Assembly (NCBI GenBank): GCA_007695365.1
Contig: REDV01000073.1
Span: 15,004 to 79,003 of the forward strand
Length of the DNA stretch: 64,000 nucleotides
DNA from: Cryomorphaceae bacterium
GTDB lineage: Bacteria > Bacteroidota > Bacteroidia > Flavobacteriales_D > SKUL01
Direction: 5' to 3'
Shown in pieces: positions 49,142-58,310 of the stretch. Numbering within the stretch: the stretch's first letter is position 1; each line of letters starts with the position of its first letter. The notes beneath the pieces are model-generated. The model did not search any database, was not told the origin of the DNA, and worked only from the letters and a program-made list of their open reading frames with translations. The translations under genes were made by a program, and so were the position numbers.

Positions 49142-50004
49142 TAGATGAGACAACGCAGGAAGTTCCCGTCAAAAAGCCATCCTGGCTCAGGGTTAAGCTT
49201 CCAACAGGCGAAGCATATAAGAAAGTTCGTGGGTTAGTAAGCGAACACAAGCTGCACACCATTTGTGAAAGTGGAAACTGCCCGAACATGGGAGAGTGTT
49301 GGGGTGCAGGAACAGCCACCTTTATGATACTCGGAAATATCTGTACCCGATCTTGTGGTTTTTGTTCTGTGGCGACAGGAAAGCCGCTTGATGTGGATGT
49401 TTTTGAGCCGCTTCGTGTTGCTAAGTCTGTGAAAATAATGGGGGTAAAGCACGCAGTGATTACCTCGGTTGATCGCGATGACCTTGAAGATGGAGGTTCC
49501 GTGATTTGGGTTCAAACCGTGCGGAAAATCCGGGAGTTGTCACCTGACACCACCCTGGAGACGCTCATTCCGGATTTTGCTGGTAAATGGGATAATTTGA
49601 ATCGAATCATAGATGTAGCACCTGAAATAGTTTCACACAATCTGGAAACTGTGAGAAGGCTTACCCGTCAGGTTAGGATTCAGGCCAAGTATGACCGAAG
49701 CTTGGAAGTCCTGTTCAGGCTAAAAAAAGGAGGGATGAAAACCAAGTCGGGAATGATGCTCGGATTGGGTGAGACCCATCAGGAAATCATTGAAACATTG
49801 GAAGACCTTCGCAGCGTGGGGGTGGATATCGTTACACTCGGACAATACTTGCAGCCAACGAAAAGCCATCTTCCTGTGGCAGAGTTTGTTCATCCGGACA
49901 GATTCAAAGAATACAAAGAACTGGGCTTGGAAATGGGGTTCCGTTATGTAGAGAGTGGGCCGCTAGTTCGTTCGTCGTACCATGCCGAAAAACATCTTTT
50001 TTGA
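49138..50004 (+). CDS. lipA: Lipoyl synthase
   Basis: The N-terminal cluster is [12 protein letters not shown]. The radical-SAM motif is [12 protein letters not shown] lies near the C-terminus. Confidence 0.95.
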   Translation: MIDETTQEVPVKKPSWLRVKLPTGEAYKKVRGLVSEHKLHTICESGNCPNMGECWGAGTATFMILGNICTRSCGFCSVATGKPLDVDVFEPLRVAKSVKIMGVKHAVITSVDRDDLEDGGSVIWVQTVRKIRELSPDTTLETLIPDFAGKWDNLNRIIDVAPEIVSHNLETVRRLTRQVRIQAKYDRSLEVLFRLKKGGMKTKSGMMLGLGETHQEIIETLEDLRSVGVDIVTLGQYLQPTKSHLPVAEFVHPDRFKEYKELGLEMGFRYVESGPLVRSSYHAEKHLF

Positions 50005-50177
50005 ATCAAAGGAGTGTGAAAAAAAAGCAGAAGTTTAGGAGGTGAGAATGATAAGCGAATGTTAAATAATGCCTACCTTCAAGCCCTGAAAAGAGCGCGG
50101 ATGTGGTATTGAACAGATGTGCTGGTTTGCTAAAGTTCTGAACGTTAAATTTTAAGAGATTAAGTAAAAAGCAAAAC

Positions 50178-53100
50178 ATGAAAAAGTTTCTACTCATTGT
50201 TTCGAGTGTGATTGCCGTGTCAGCACTGCTGATTGCGGGATGGAACCCGTTTGGGTCTGGTGAGAAAGTTGGCTTGTACAAGCCCAGAACGGCCAATTTC
50301 AACGCTGAGCGCGGAGCGCACGGTTGGATTGAGTACATGAAAGAACTCAAGCGCAATTATTACACAGGCGAAATCGAGATTGAAGACATTCTTGCCACAA
50401 GAAAAGCATTGAACAAGTTTAGTCGCAACCAGTCCAAGAGTAATGATATGGAATGGCGCACACTGGGCCCTGACAACATTGGTGGGCGTGTAAGAGCGCT
50501 CTGGCTCGACCCAAACAATGACAATCATTTATGGGCAGGGGCCGCCTCAGGTGGGGTGTGGAGAACCACTGATGGAGGCAACAGCTGGGAGGCAGTTGAA
50601 AGTTTCAATAAGAATGAAAACTTCATGTCGCACATGCCCATTGGCTTCATCAACCGAACAGGTAGCGGTATTTATTACATCGGTACCGGATCTCAACACG
50701 AGAACTTTAACCCTTCCGGGTCAGGAACCCCCGGTTTTATCGGTAATGGCCTTTTCCGTTCAACCAACACCGAAGGAACGGAATGGGAAAGAGTGTTTGG
50801 CCCCGATCAATACTTCAATACAAACCAACCCTGGCTTACCATTGACGCTATTGAACTGGACCCCAGTAACCCCGAAAAAATGTGGATTGCTCACAGCGGT
50901 GGTTTGGATGTCTATATCCACGGAAATGCTGACCTTGAGCCGCGTCCTGCCGGACTTCCCGGTACAGCTGTGGCCTGTGAAGACGTTGATATTTCTCCTG
51001 ATGGTCAGGTTATTGTTACATCGGTTAATACGCGAGGATACATTTCAACCAATGGTGGCCAAAGCTTTTCAATGATTTCCGGAACACTCGCGAACGGTGG
51101 TCCCAATGTGCTGGGTGCTGGTGGTAACAGCCGAATAGAATTTGCTGTCTCGCGTTCGCCTGAGAATTACATCTATGCATCCGTTGTAAATACCAACCAA
51201 AGCCTGCGGGGTGTCTTTGCTTCGTGGGATCAAGGTGCTTCATGGTACCGAATTGCTCAGGATGTGAACGATTCCGGTACACAGCCGGCACTTTTTCAGC
51301 CGTTTGGTGGTGTAGGCGGACAAGGCCGTTGGGATAATGCTTTGTCGGTTAATCCTTTGAACCCCAAGCAAATTTTTCTTGGTGGTTTGGTTATTTACAG
51401 CCATACCATTGTGGGTAATGTTCCTTCGCTTTCCAACTGGGAGCAGCGCAGCCTTTACAGCACCAACTATCTGAATCCTTTTGCGGTTCACCCGGATGTT
51501 CACCGATTTGTGTGGGATTCGAACAACATTTTCTGGGCTTGTACAGATGGTGGTTTTTTCAAATCAACCACGATGGCAACCTCCAATGCGCCAACATTCT
51601 TCCCGGCCAATCAAGGATTTGTAACAACGCAGTTCTATGCTATAGCACATGGCGAAGATGGCCGAACGATTGGTGGAACCCAGGATAACGGAACACTATA
51701 CCAGAATCTGCAAGGACCCACAGAAAACCACGGTTTTGAGGTGTTTGGTGGAGATGGATTCGATTGTGAGATTTCGTTCCTGCGACCTGAACTTTTGATC
51801 GGATCCAGTCAGTTTGGTACTATTTTGCGCTCTGTTGGCGCTGGCTTTGGTGAATTTATTTCACCGCCCCCGGGATCGTCGAGCGACTTTACCACGAACC
51901 TGCGTTTGGTTGAAACGGAGTTCGACCCATATTCAAAGCGTGGTATGTGGTGGGGTGCAGATACCCTGCTAGATGCTTTTGTGTTTGATGAACAGGTTTG
52001 GCCCGATGGCAGCGTTACACTGGGTTATGTACCCGAGGGTCACTGGATTCTGCATTTTGCAGCTGCCGATCAGCGTGAATTGTGGACGCAGACTACCGAA
52101 AACATGTACTACTACGAGACACGTGTAACACCTGATACCACATTCTTTACCGTGCTTGATACTGTGGAAGTAATCACGAATATTGAGTTCGTGGACACCA
52201 CGTTCTTCCCGGTTGATACTACCTTCACCTTTGTTTGTGATACGGTGGAAATAATCGTGGATACGACCTACATAGATACATGTACCACCTTCCAGAACCA
52301 GATTTTCTGTGTCACCATTGATACGCTCTACACCTTTGGTGACACTGTACTCTGTGAGGTGACCGACACCATCATCGATTTTGATTTCTTCCTCAACTTC
52401 GACACAACATTTACTTATGTGACAGAAGAAACCATTGACTTCACCATTGAATTTATTATCGATGAACACGTCGCAGACTCCTTGTTCCTTGTAGATCCGG
52501 TTCAGTCCCTGTTTACAGTCGGTCACGGCGGTGGTTTGGGTATATGGGTTACACGAGATGTTACCAACACCGCAATAGACCCCGAATGGTGGTTTATCGG
52601 TAACGTGGATGAACTTGTGAACAGCATGGAATGGTCTCCTGATCGCGATCACCTGTACGTGGGAACTTCGTCAGGTCGTTTGCTTCGATTCTCAGGTTTC
52701 AATGAACTGTACTATGCGGAGGATATTGACAACATAACTGTAACAACGCTTATTACAGGTGGCCCACCCATTAATAATATTGCGGTTGACTACTCGCAAG
52801 GCACGGGTGGCCCTGATGGCCCTCCAGCCTCCGAAACAGTTGTGATTGCCCGCTCAACCTATGGTGTGCAGAGCAAAGTTCTGCGCTCTACTGTGGCCGC
52901 GTCAACAACTTCGTCTAATACCTTCCAGAGCATATTCAATGTTCCCACACCACTGGACAGAATGCCGGTGTACTCTTGTGTGATTTCTAAGGATGATCCG
53001 AATGTAATCGTGATAGGAACAGAAGTGGGTATCTTCCGAACTGATGATGGAGGAGGAAACTGGTACGAGGCTAACGGTGGCCATATGGATCGTGTTCCAG

Positions 53101-53522
53101 TTCTTGACCTTCGTCAGCAGTACCGTGAACACTGGGAGGTTCTTAACTCAGGTGTTGTTTATGCAGGTACCCATGGAAGAGGAATCTTCGATAATGATGA
53201 TTTCTTCTCGCCCTGGACGAGCGTGGAGGAGAATGAAGGTGTCAGCACGGTTAATGAACCACTCATGAGTTCTCTTACTGTTTTCCCGAACCCGATGAAC
53301 ACCCACGGATGGGTTGAGTTTGACCTTAAGGAAGCGAGTGATGTGCGAATGGTAATTTTCAACATCAATGGTCAAATGATGGAGCAAATTCACCGCGAAC
53401 GCCTTCCGGCCGGAAACCAGCAGGTGCAGTTTAGTGCCGAAAGACTTTCTGCGGGAACCTACCTGATTCGTGTAGAAGCAGGCGGCATTGCCGAAACCAA
53501 GCGCTTCATCGTAACCCGATAA
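50178..53522 (+). CDS. Large secreted BNR/Asp-box beta-propeller protein (sortilin/VPS10- or GH74-like repeats) with T9SS C-terminal sorting domain
   Basis: A signal peptide is present. Asp-box repeats are TTDGGNSWEAV, STNGGQSFSMI, SWDQGASWYRI and RTDDGGGNWYEA. The C-terminal FPNPMNTHGWVEF...GTYLIRVE...RFIVTR is a Por secretion tail. Confidence 0.75.
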   Translation: MKKFLLIVSSVIAVSALLIAGWNPFGSGEKVGLYKPRTANFNAERGAHGWIEYMKELKRNYYTGEIEIEDILATRKALNKFSRNQSKSNDMEWRTLGPDNIGGRVRALWLDPNNDNHLWAGAASGGVWRTTDGGNSWEAVESFNKNENFMSHMPIGFINRTGSGIYYIGTGSQHENFNPSGSGTPGFIGNGLFRSTNTEGTEWERVFGPDQYFNTNQPWLTIDAIELDPSNPEKMWIAHSGGLDVYIHGNADLEPRPAGLPGTAVACEDVDISPDGQVIVTSVNTRGYISTNGGQSFSMISGTLANGGPNVLGAGGNSRIEFAVSRSPENYIYASVVNTNQSLRGVFASWDQGASWYRIAQDVNDSGTQPALFQPFGGVGGQGRWDNALSVNPLNPKQIFLGGLVIYSHTIVGNVPSLSNWEQRSLYSTNYLNPFAVHPDVHRFVWDSNNIFWACTDGGFFKSTTMATSNAPTFFPANQGFVTTQFYAIAHGEDGRTIGGTQDNGTLYQNLQGPTENHGFEVFGGDGFDCEISFLRPELLIGSSQFGTILRSVGAGFGEFISPPPGSSSDFTTNLRLVETEFDPYSKRGMWWGADTLLDAFVFDEQVWPDGSVTLGYVPEGHWILHFAAADQRELWTQTTENMYYYETRVTPDTTFFTVLDTVEVITNIEFVDTTFFPVDTTFTFVCDTVEIIVDTTYIDTCTTFQNQIFCVTIDTLYTFGDTVLCEVTDTIIDFDFFLNFDTTFTYVTEETIDFTIEFIIDEHVADSLFLVDPVQSLFTVGHGGGLGIWVTRDVTNTAIDPEWWFIGNVDELVNSMEWSPDRDHLYVGTSSGRLLRFSGFNELYYAEDIDNITVTTLITGGPPINNIAVDYSQGTGGPDGPPASETVVIARSTYGVQSKVLRSTVAASTTSSNTFQSIFNVPTPLDRMPVYSCVISKDDPNVIVIGTEVGIFRTDDGGGNWYEANGGHMDRVPVLDLRQQYREHWEVLNSGVVYAGTHGRGIFDNDDFFSPWTSVEENEGVSTVNEPLMSSLTVFPNPMNTHGWVEFDLKEASDVRMVIFNINGQMMEQIHRERLPAGNQQVQFSAERLSAGTYLIRVEAGGIAETKRFIVTR
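52134..52496 (+). repeat. Degenerate short Asp-Thr-initiated peptide repeats inside the 1114-aa CDS
   Basis: There are 11 DT dipeptides in ~120 codons: DTTFFTVL, DTVEVITNIEFV, DTTFFPV, DTTFTFVC, DTVEIIV, DTTYI, DTCTTF.., DTLYTFG, DTVLCEVT, DTIIDFDFFLNF and DTTFTYVT. There is no Lys or Arg, and no His until the terminal DEH. GAYAC recurs in the DNA. Confidence 0.6.
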
Positions 53523-53542
53523 ACTGATTGAAAAAAGTAACA

Positions 53543-53577
53543 AAGCCTTCCCGTAATTTCGGGAAGGCTTTTTTTTA
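53543..53577 (+). terminator. Intrinsic terminator after the 1114-aa gene
   Basis: The stem AAGCCTTCCCG (53544-53554) pairs with CGGGAAGGCTT (53561-53571), followed by a T-run. Confidence 0.65.
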
Positions 53578-53580
53578 CCC

Positions 53581-54585
53581 ATGACCAGAATAGGAATCAA
53601 CGGACTCGGCCGTATCGGACGAAGACTTTTTCGCCTCCTGAGCGAATGTCACGATATGGAAGTAGTGGCCGTCAATGATCTGGCAGATGCCGAAACCATG
53701 AACCACTTGTTGCGCTTTGATTCAGTGCATGGCTTATGGAATCTCCAACCGGAAGTAGCAGGCAATGCCTTGGAGCTGGAGGGTCGCTCCATAGCCTATT
53801 CCCGTCATGCGAAGCCTGTTGATATTCCGTGGTTCAAGCATGAGGTAGACATTGTATTTGAATGCACAGGCCATTTTAAGACGCGTGAAAGGGCCAATGG
53901 CCATCTTCAGCAAGGTGTTCGGGCAGTTGTTTTATCTGCTCCGCCTGAAGATGCTACCATCAAAACAATTGTAATGGGCATCAATGATCACTTGCTCAGT
54001 GCTGACGACCGCATCGTATCGAATGCTTCTTGCACTACGAACTCGGCCGCTCCTATGGTGCAGCTGGTAGATGAGATTTGTGGGGTGAAAAGCGGATATA
54101 TCACTACTGTTCATTCGTACACTACTGACCAACGTCTTCAGGATGCACCGCATCGCGATCTGCGCCGCGCCCGGGCCGCAGCTCATTCAATTGTTCCTAC
54201 AACCACCGGTGCGGCCAAGGCCATTACGCGCATTTTTCCCCATCTTGATGGAAAACTGGGAGGTTGCGGAATTAGGGTTCCGGTTCCCAACGGATCACTC
54301 ACCGATATATCCTATGTTGTGGAGCGCCCTCCATCTGTTGAAGTTTTGAATGAGGCGTTTGCATCGGCTTCTCTCCACCGTTGGAATGGATTGCTTCAGT
54401 ATATCGAAGATCCGGTGGTATCTGCAGATATCATCGGCAACCGGCACTCATGCATATTCGATGCGCAACTTACCAGCGTAATTGATCACATGGTAAAGGT
54501 TGTGGGGTGGTACGACAATGAGACCGGGTATTCGGCCAGACTCATTGATCTTGCCCGGAAGATGATAGCCCTTCAAAACGCTTGA
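53581..54585 (+). CDS. gap: Glyceraldehyde-3-phosphate dehydrogenase (type I)
   Basis: Motifs INGLGRIGR, the active site SNASCTTN and WYDNETGYS are present. Confidence 0.95.
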   Translation: MTRIGINGLGRIGRRLFRLLSECHDMEVVAVNDLADAETMNHLLRFDSVHGLWNLQPEVAGNALELEGRSIAYSRHAKPVDIPWFKHEVDIVFECTGHFKTRERANGHLQQGVRAVVLSAPPEDATIKTIVMGINDHLLSADDRIVSNASCTTNSAAPMVQLVDEICGVKSGYITTVHSYTTDQRLQDAPHRDLRRARAAAHSIVPTTTGAAKAITRIFPHLDGKLGGCGIRVPVPNGSLTDISYVVERPPSVEVLNEAFASASLHRWNGLLQYIEDPVVSADIIGNRHSCIFDAQLTSVIDHMVKVVGWYDNETGYSARLIDLARKMIALQNA

Positions 54586-55315
54586 GCTCCAGGCTTCCGC
54601 CTTCGAGTACCGCGTAGGTGTAATGCACAATCCAATCTCCGAGATTTACATACCTGCTGTTGGCACCTACCTGAAGATCGAGCGGTAAATGACGATGGCC
54701 AAAAATGAAGTAGTCGATGTGTCGGGATTCCAGAATTTCTTTGCAATATATGGCGAGCCATTCATTGTCTTCACCCAAAAACTTACGGTCGTCATCTCCG
54801 GTATGTTTGCGACTTGTTTTGCTCCAAAAATTGGCCATGCCGATTCCAAAATTGGGATGAAGTCTGGCAAATAGCCATTGGCACAAACGATTGCGGAATA
54901 TTTTTTTGATGAACTTATAGCCGTAGTCGCCCGGACCTAATCCGTCGCCGTGGCCAATCAGGCATTTCTTTCCGTTGAATGTTCGCTCAATTGGTTGGTG
55001 ATGCAATGTAACGCCTGTTTCTGAGGGCAAATAGTCAAAAACCCACATGTCGTGGTTTCCGGTGAAGTAGTGCACGGGAATTCCTGAGTCAGTAATTTCG
55101 GCAATTTTCCCCAACAATCGAACAAAGCCCCGGGGCACCACCGTGCGGTATTCAAACCAAAAATCGAATACGTCGCCCACCAGAAAGATTTCGGTGGCAT
55201 CTGTTTTGGCCATATCCAGCCACTCTACTACGCGTTTTTCGCGCGCTAGGCTATCTTCCCTGTTCGGAACACCGAGGTGAAAATCAGAGGCAAAATATAT
55301 TTTGTCGGTTTTCAA
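54542..55315 (-). CDS. lpxH: UDP-2,3-diacylglucosamine hydrolase LpxH
   Basis: Calcineurin-like metallophosphoesterase motifs DFHLG, GDVFDFW, GNHD, GHGD and GHRH are present. The size is ~257 aa, and the 3' end overlaps the gap 3' end by 44 nt. Confidence 0.88.
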   Translation of the reverse strand: MKTDKIYFASDFHLGVPNREDSLAREKRVVEWLDMAKTDATEIFLVGDVFDFWFEYRTVVPRGFVRLLGKIAEITDSGIPVHYFTGNHDMWVFDYLPSETGVTLHHQPIERTFNGKKCLIGHGDGLGPGDYGYKFIKKIFRNRLCQWLFARLHPNFGIGMANFWSKTSRKHTGDDDRKFLGEDNEWLAIYCKEILESRHIDYFIFGHRHLPLDLQVGANSRYVNLGDWIVHYTYAVLEGGSLELKRFEGLSSSGQDQ

Positions 55316-55316
55316 T

Positions 55317-58304
55317 TCAGCCTGGTATGCGCCGGATGGCTTTAAAGGGGTTAATCTCGTTAAAATTGATCATAAACCGAATAAGCTGGCTGTAGTTTAG
55401 CCCCCGGGTCTCAATTTCTCTTCTGATATCTTCGCTCCAGATCACCGGGAAGTACACTTCTACAATTTCCGGTATCAACCACAGATAAATCCCCGCATTG
55501 GCCAAAATGCCTGGTGCATTTGGCAATCCTTGCGGATCGCTGAATCCTACATCGGCATAAATTCCCAGCGGCAAGAACTTAAAGGGCGATTGCATTTTTG
55601 CGTTCGCTGCCACCATCCACGAATTGGTCTGGCCATTGGCGGTTGGTATTTTGAAATTACCATGACCGCCCACAAACTGCTGGCTCAGCAACCCATTGTT
55701 TTCAAACCTTCCAGGGAATACATGGGAATACCGAAAATCCTGCGCACCATTGATGCCGTCCATTCGGAAATTGTAGCGTGGCATGTTGGTGTCATGATGC
55801 AGAAAGGTTCCTCCAAAAAAACGGAGAAACAGTGAACGCTTGTGCCGGTTCATCACGAACTTGCCATTCCATTCCAGCCAAACACGATTAAAATCCTCGT
55901 GTAAATCAAAAGCCGCCATCAAATGGTACGGACGGATGGTCAGCCTGTTACGCAATTCGTAAGCCAGAAAGCCATAGAGATTGTTGGATGTTGTGGTAAC
56001 CAATAACTCATCCGAAGGTCTGATGCCAAAGGTTTCTGAAACGTGCGTAACTGCGTAATGCACGTGGTGCGACAGGTTTCTGCTGAGCGGGTTTCTGCGA
56101 ATGTCCAGTTGAGAAGCCAACTCATAGCGCGTAAAACTTCCTCCAAGCCCGGCGCCGCCCGTTCCGAAGGTAGCGGCACTCATCTCTGTGCGCAAGTTTT
56201 CAATCCACCGGGAGCTTTGTATCCGCAGGTTGTGCTGTATAGCAGCGGTTCCGGTAAATTCATTGCTCGCAAAACCAAACATGGGCATTACCCGAAACTC
56301 AAACATTTTTTGCAGGGGCGATACATTGTGCAACAGGAGCCCGGCCATCAATCCATCGGTTGTGTTGTATCCGAGGGTAGGGGTGTAATAAAGTGTTGTT
56401 CGTGAGGGATCTTCCATGCCGGCCAGCCATTGGAAGCGCAAGGGTTCCATTTTCCGCAAAATTCCCGAGGAGCGAATCGAGTTGTTTTTTCGGTTGATGT
56501 CGGTGGTTCTTCTATCGTGGTCAAGCACCAAACGGTGAAAGTTCCTCAGCGAAATCTGAACTGTTGTATCCCGGCCGAACGGCGGAACCCACGCCTGATC
56601 CAAAACTTCGCCCTTATCGTTGAGTGCTGTACAAGTAACCGGTCCTTCAATTCCCTTAGCCTTGATAGTGAGATCAAAACCTGAATCGGTGCGCTTCAGG
56701 TATTTAATCTTGTAGTCAGACTTTTTGGTGGTGCAAATCAGGTCTTTTACCCATTGGGCATCGTCGCCGGAGGCCTGTTGAACGTATGGCCAAACGTCTT
56801 CAGGATAGGGGTGTTTGAATTTCCAATGATCAAAATAGGCCTGCATCGCGGCATCATAAGCATCATCGCCTGTGTAAGCGCGTAAGTACTCAAACGCCAG
56901 GGCTGCCTTGGCATATACCATGGCACCGTAGTTCAGTGGAGTAAAGTCTTCGCTGTGCAGGCAGGGAGCCTGATCCAGATTGCGTCGTGCGTTAAAAGCG
57001 TACAGAAAGTAGTTCTGGTCGCGCAGCCGGTAGCGGTCAAGCTGTAACCAACGCATGAGCCATGAGTTATGCCTGCTGCCAAAAATGTTCAGATGCGGAT
57101 GGTGCTTCTCCATGTAGCGCATTTCATTGGCAGTATTCATGCCTTCATCCATCCACGGAAAGCGCCGCTCATTAGAAGCCAGCACACCGTAAAACCAATT
57201 GTGACCAACCTCATGCATGATAACCGTTTCGAGGTCCACTGCATTCCCCGACTCACCAATAACGGTAATCATGGGATATTCCATACCAGCACCGGCGCTG
57301 ATTACACCATCTACAGCAGTAACGTGGTTGTATGGGTAGTCTCCATTCCAAAGTGAGTAGTTGTACACAGCGCGAGTAAGGTAGTCAATACTGCTTTGCC
57401 ATAATTTTGCTTCATTGTCCGTAAAGGCTGCCCATGCGGTAACAGTTCGGCCGGAATGAGGGAGCACCACATCTCCCTTAGCCACGCGGTAGCGCTTGTC
57501 GGCAAACCACGCAAAATCATGGATATTGCCCTGCTTGTAAGTGAGTGTTTTGGTGGTTTGCGCTGAGGGCGGAAACGACATGTTTTTATGAGTTGTCTGC
57601 CACGACTCTGTTGAACGGGCTTTTTCGGTTAACCACTCCAGTTCGTCTTCATTTTGCAACTCACCCGTGGCCATCACCACGTAGTTGGACGGAAGCGTAA
57701 TATTCACCTCAAAATACCCGAAGTTGGCGTAAAATTCTCCCTGGTTGAGGTACGACATGGCATGCCAACCGCGGGAGTCATATACTGCCGGTTTGGGATA
57801 CCATTGCGTGATATAATAGGCTTGCCCACTGTGCCCGAGGCGCGAAATTTCTGCGTCGGGCAGCGAAACAAAAAACGGGGTTTCAATGATGGCGGTGTCC
57901 CCGGGACGCAGAGCTTCGGGCAGGATGAGTTTTGTATAGTCTGCCGGAGTATCGGTGTCATCGGTCTGCGCATCCACACCGTTTACCTTGTATTGGATGT
58001 TGCGGATGCTGCCAGTGTTTTCCGGTCCGCTGAACTGAAAAAGGAACTTACCGTGTTTTACCAGTTGCCGCGCGAGAGGTGTTTCAACATTGCTGTAGGC
58101 GTTGGGCCAATGGTGCATGTGTACTTCGTAGAGTACGTCAGGCGAGTGGTTAATGTAAGCCATACGAATAAAACCATCGAGCGTGTGCTTTCGGTCATCC
58201 AATGCAACATTGATGGTGTAGTTTACTTCCTGCTGAAAATACTCCTGACCGATTGCACTATCCCATGCAATCAGTAGCAGCAAAGCGAGTAAACCAGCCC
58301 TCAT
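55317..58304 (-). CDS. M1-family (gluzincin) metallopeptidase fused to a ~430-aa beta-rich C-terminal region
   Basis: A signal peptide is present. It has a GxMEN-like GAGMEYP motif and the zinc site HEVGHNWFYG...WMDEGMN. Residues ~560-995 have no peptidase motifs and show an alternating aromatic/Gly pattern. Confidence 0.85.
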   Translation of the reverse strand: MRAGLLALLLLIAWDSAIGQEYFQQEVNYTINVALDDRKHTLDGFIRMAYINHSPDVLYEVHMHHWPNAYSNVETPLARQLVKHGKFLFQFSGPENTGSIRNIQYKVNGVDAQTDDTDTPADYTKLILPEALRPGDTAIIETPFFVSLPDAEISRLGHSGQAYYITQWYPKPAVYDSRGWHAMSYLNQGEFYANFGYFEVNITLPSNYVVMATGELQNEDELEWLTEKARSTESWQTTHKNMSFPPSAQTTKTLTYKQGNIHDFAWFADKRYRVAKGDVVLPHSGRTVTAWAAFTDNEAKLWQSSIDYLTRAVYNYSLWNGDYPYNHVTAVDGVISAGAGMEYPMITVIGESGNAVDLETVIMHEVGHNWFYGVLASNERRFPWMDEGMNTANEMRYMEKHHPHLNIFGSRHNSWLMRWLQLDRYRLRDQNYFLYAFNARRNLDQAPCLHSEDFTPLNYGAMVYAKAALAFEYLRAYTGDDAYDAAMQAYFDHWKFKHPYPEDVWPYVQQASGDDAQWVKDLICTTKKSDYKIKYLKRTDSGFDLTIKAKGIEGPVTCTALNDKGEVLDQAWVPPFGRDTTVQISLRNFHRLVLDHDRRTTDINRKNNSIRSSGILRKMEPLRFQWLAGMEDPSRTTLYYTPTLGYNTTDGLMAGLLLHNVSPLQKMFEFRVMPMFGFASNEFTGTAAIQHNLRIQSSRWIENLRTEMSAATFGTGGAGLGGSFTRYELASQLDIRRNPLSRNLSHHVHYAVTHVSETFGIRPSDELLVTTTSNNLYGFLAYELRNRLTIRPYHLMAAFDLHEDFNRVWLEWNGKFVMNRHKRSLFLRFFGGTFLHHDTNMPRYNFRMDGINGAQDFRYSHVFPGRFENNGLLSQQFVGGHGNFKIPTANGQTNSWMVAANAKMQSPFKFLPLGIYADVGFSDPQGLPNAPGILANAGIYLWLIPEIVEVYFPVIWSEDIRREIETRGLNYSQLIRFMINFNEINPFKAIRRIPG

Positions 58305-58310
58305 GATGGT

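Noticed and set aside
51969-52652. 227-aa ORF antisense to the Asp-Thr repeat segment of the 1114-aa gene.
   Set aside because: The repetitive GAY-ACN codon usage on the sense strand removes stop codons from the antisense frame. The sense ORF is continuous through flanking BNR repeats and ends in a T9SS tail, so the sense reading is the real one.
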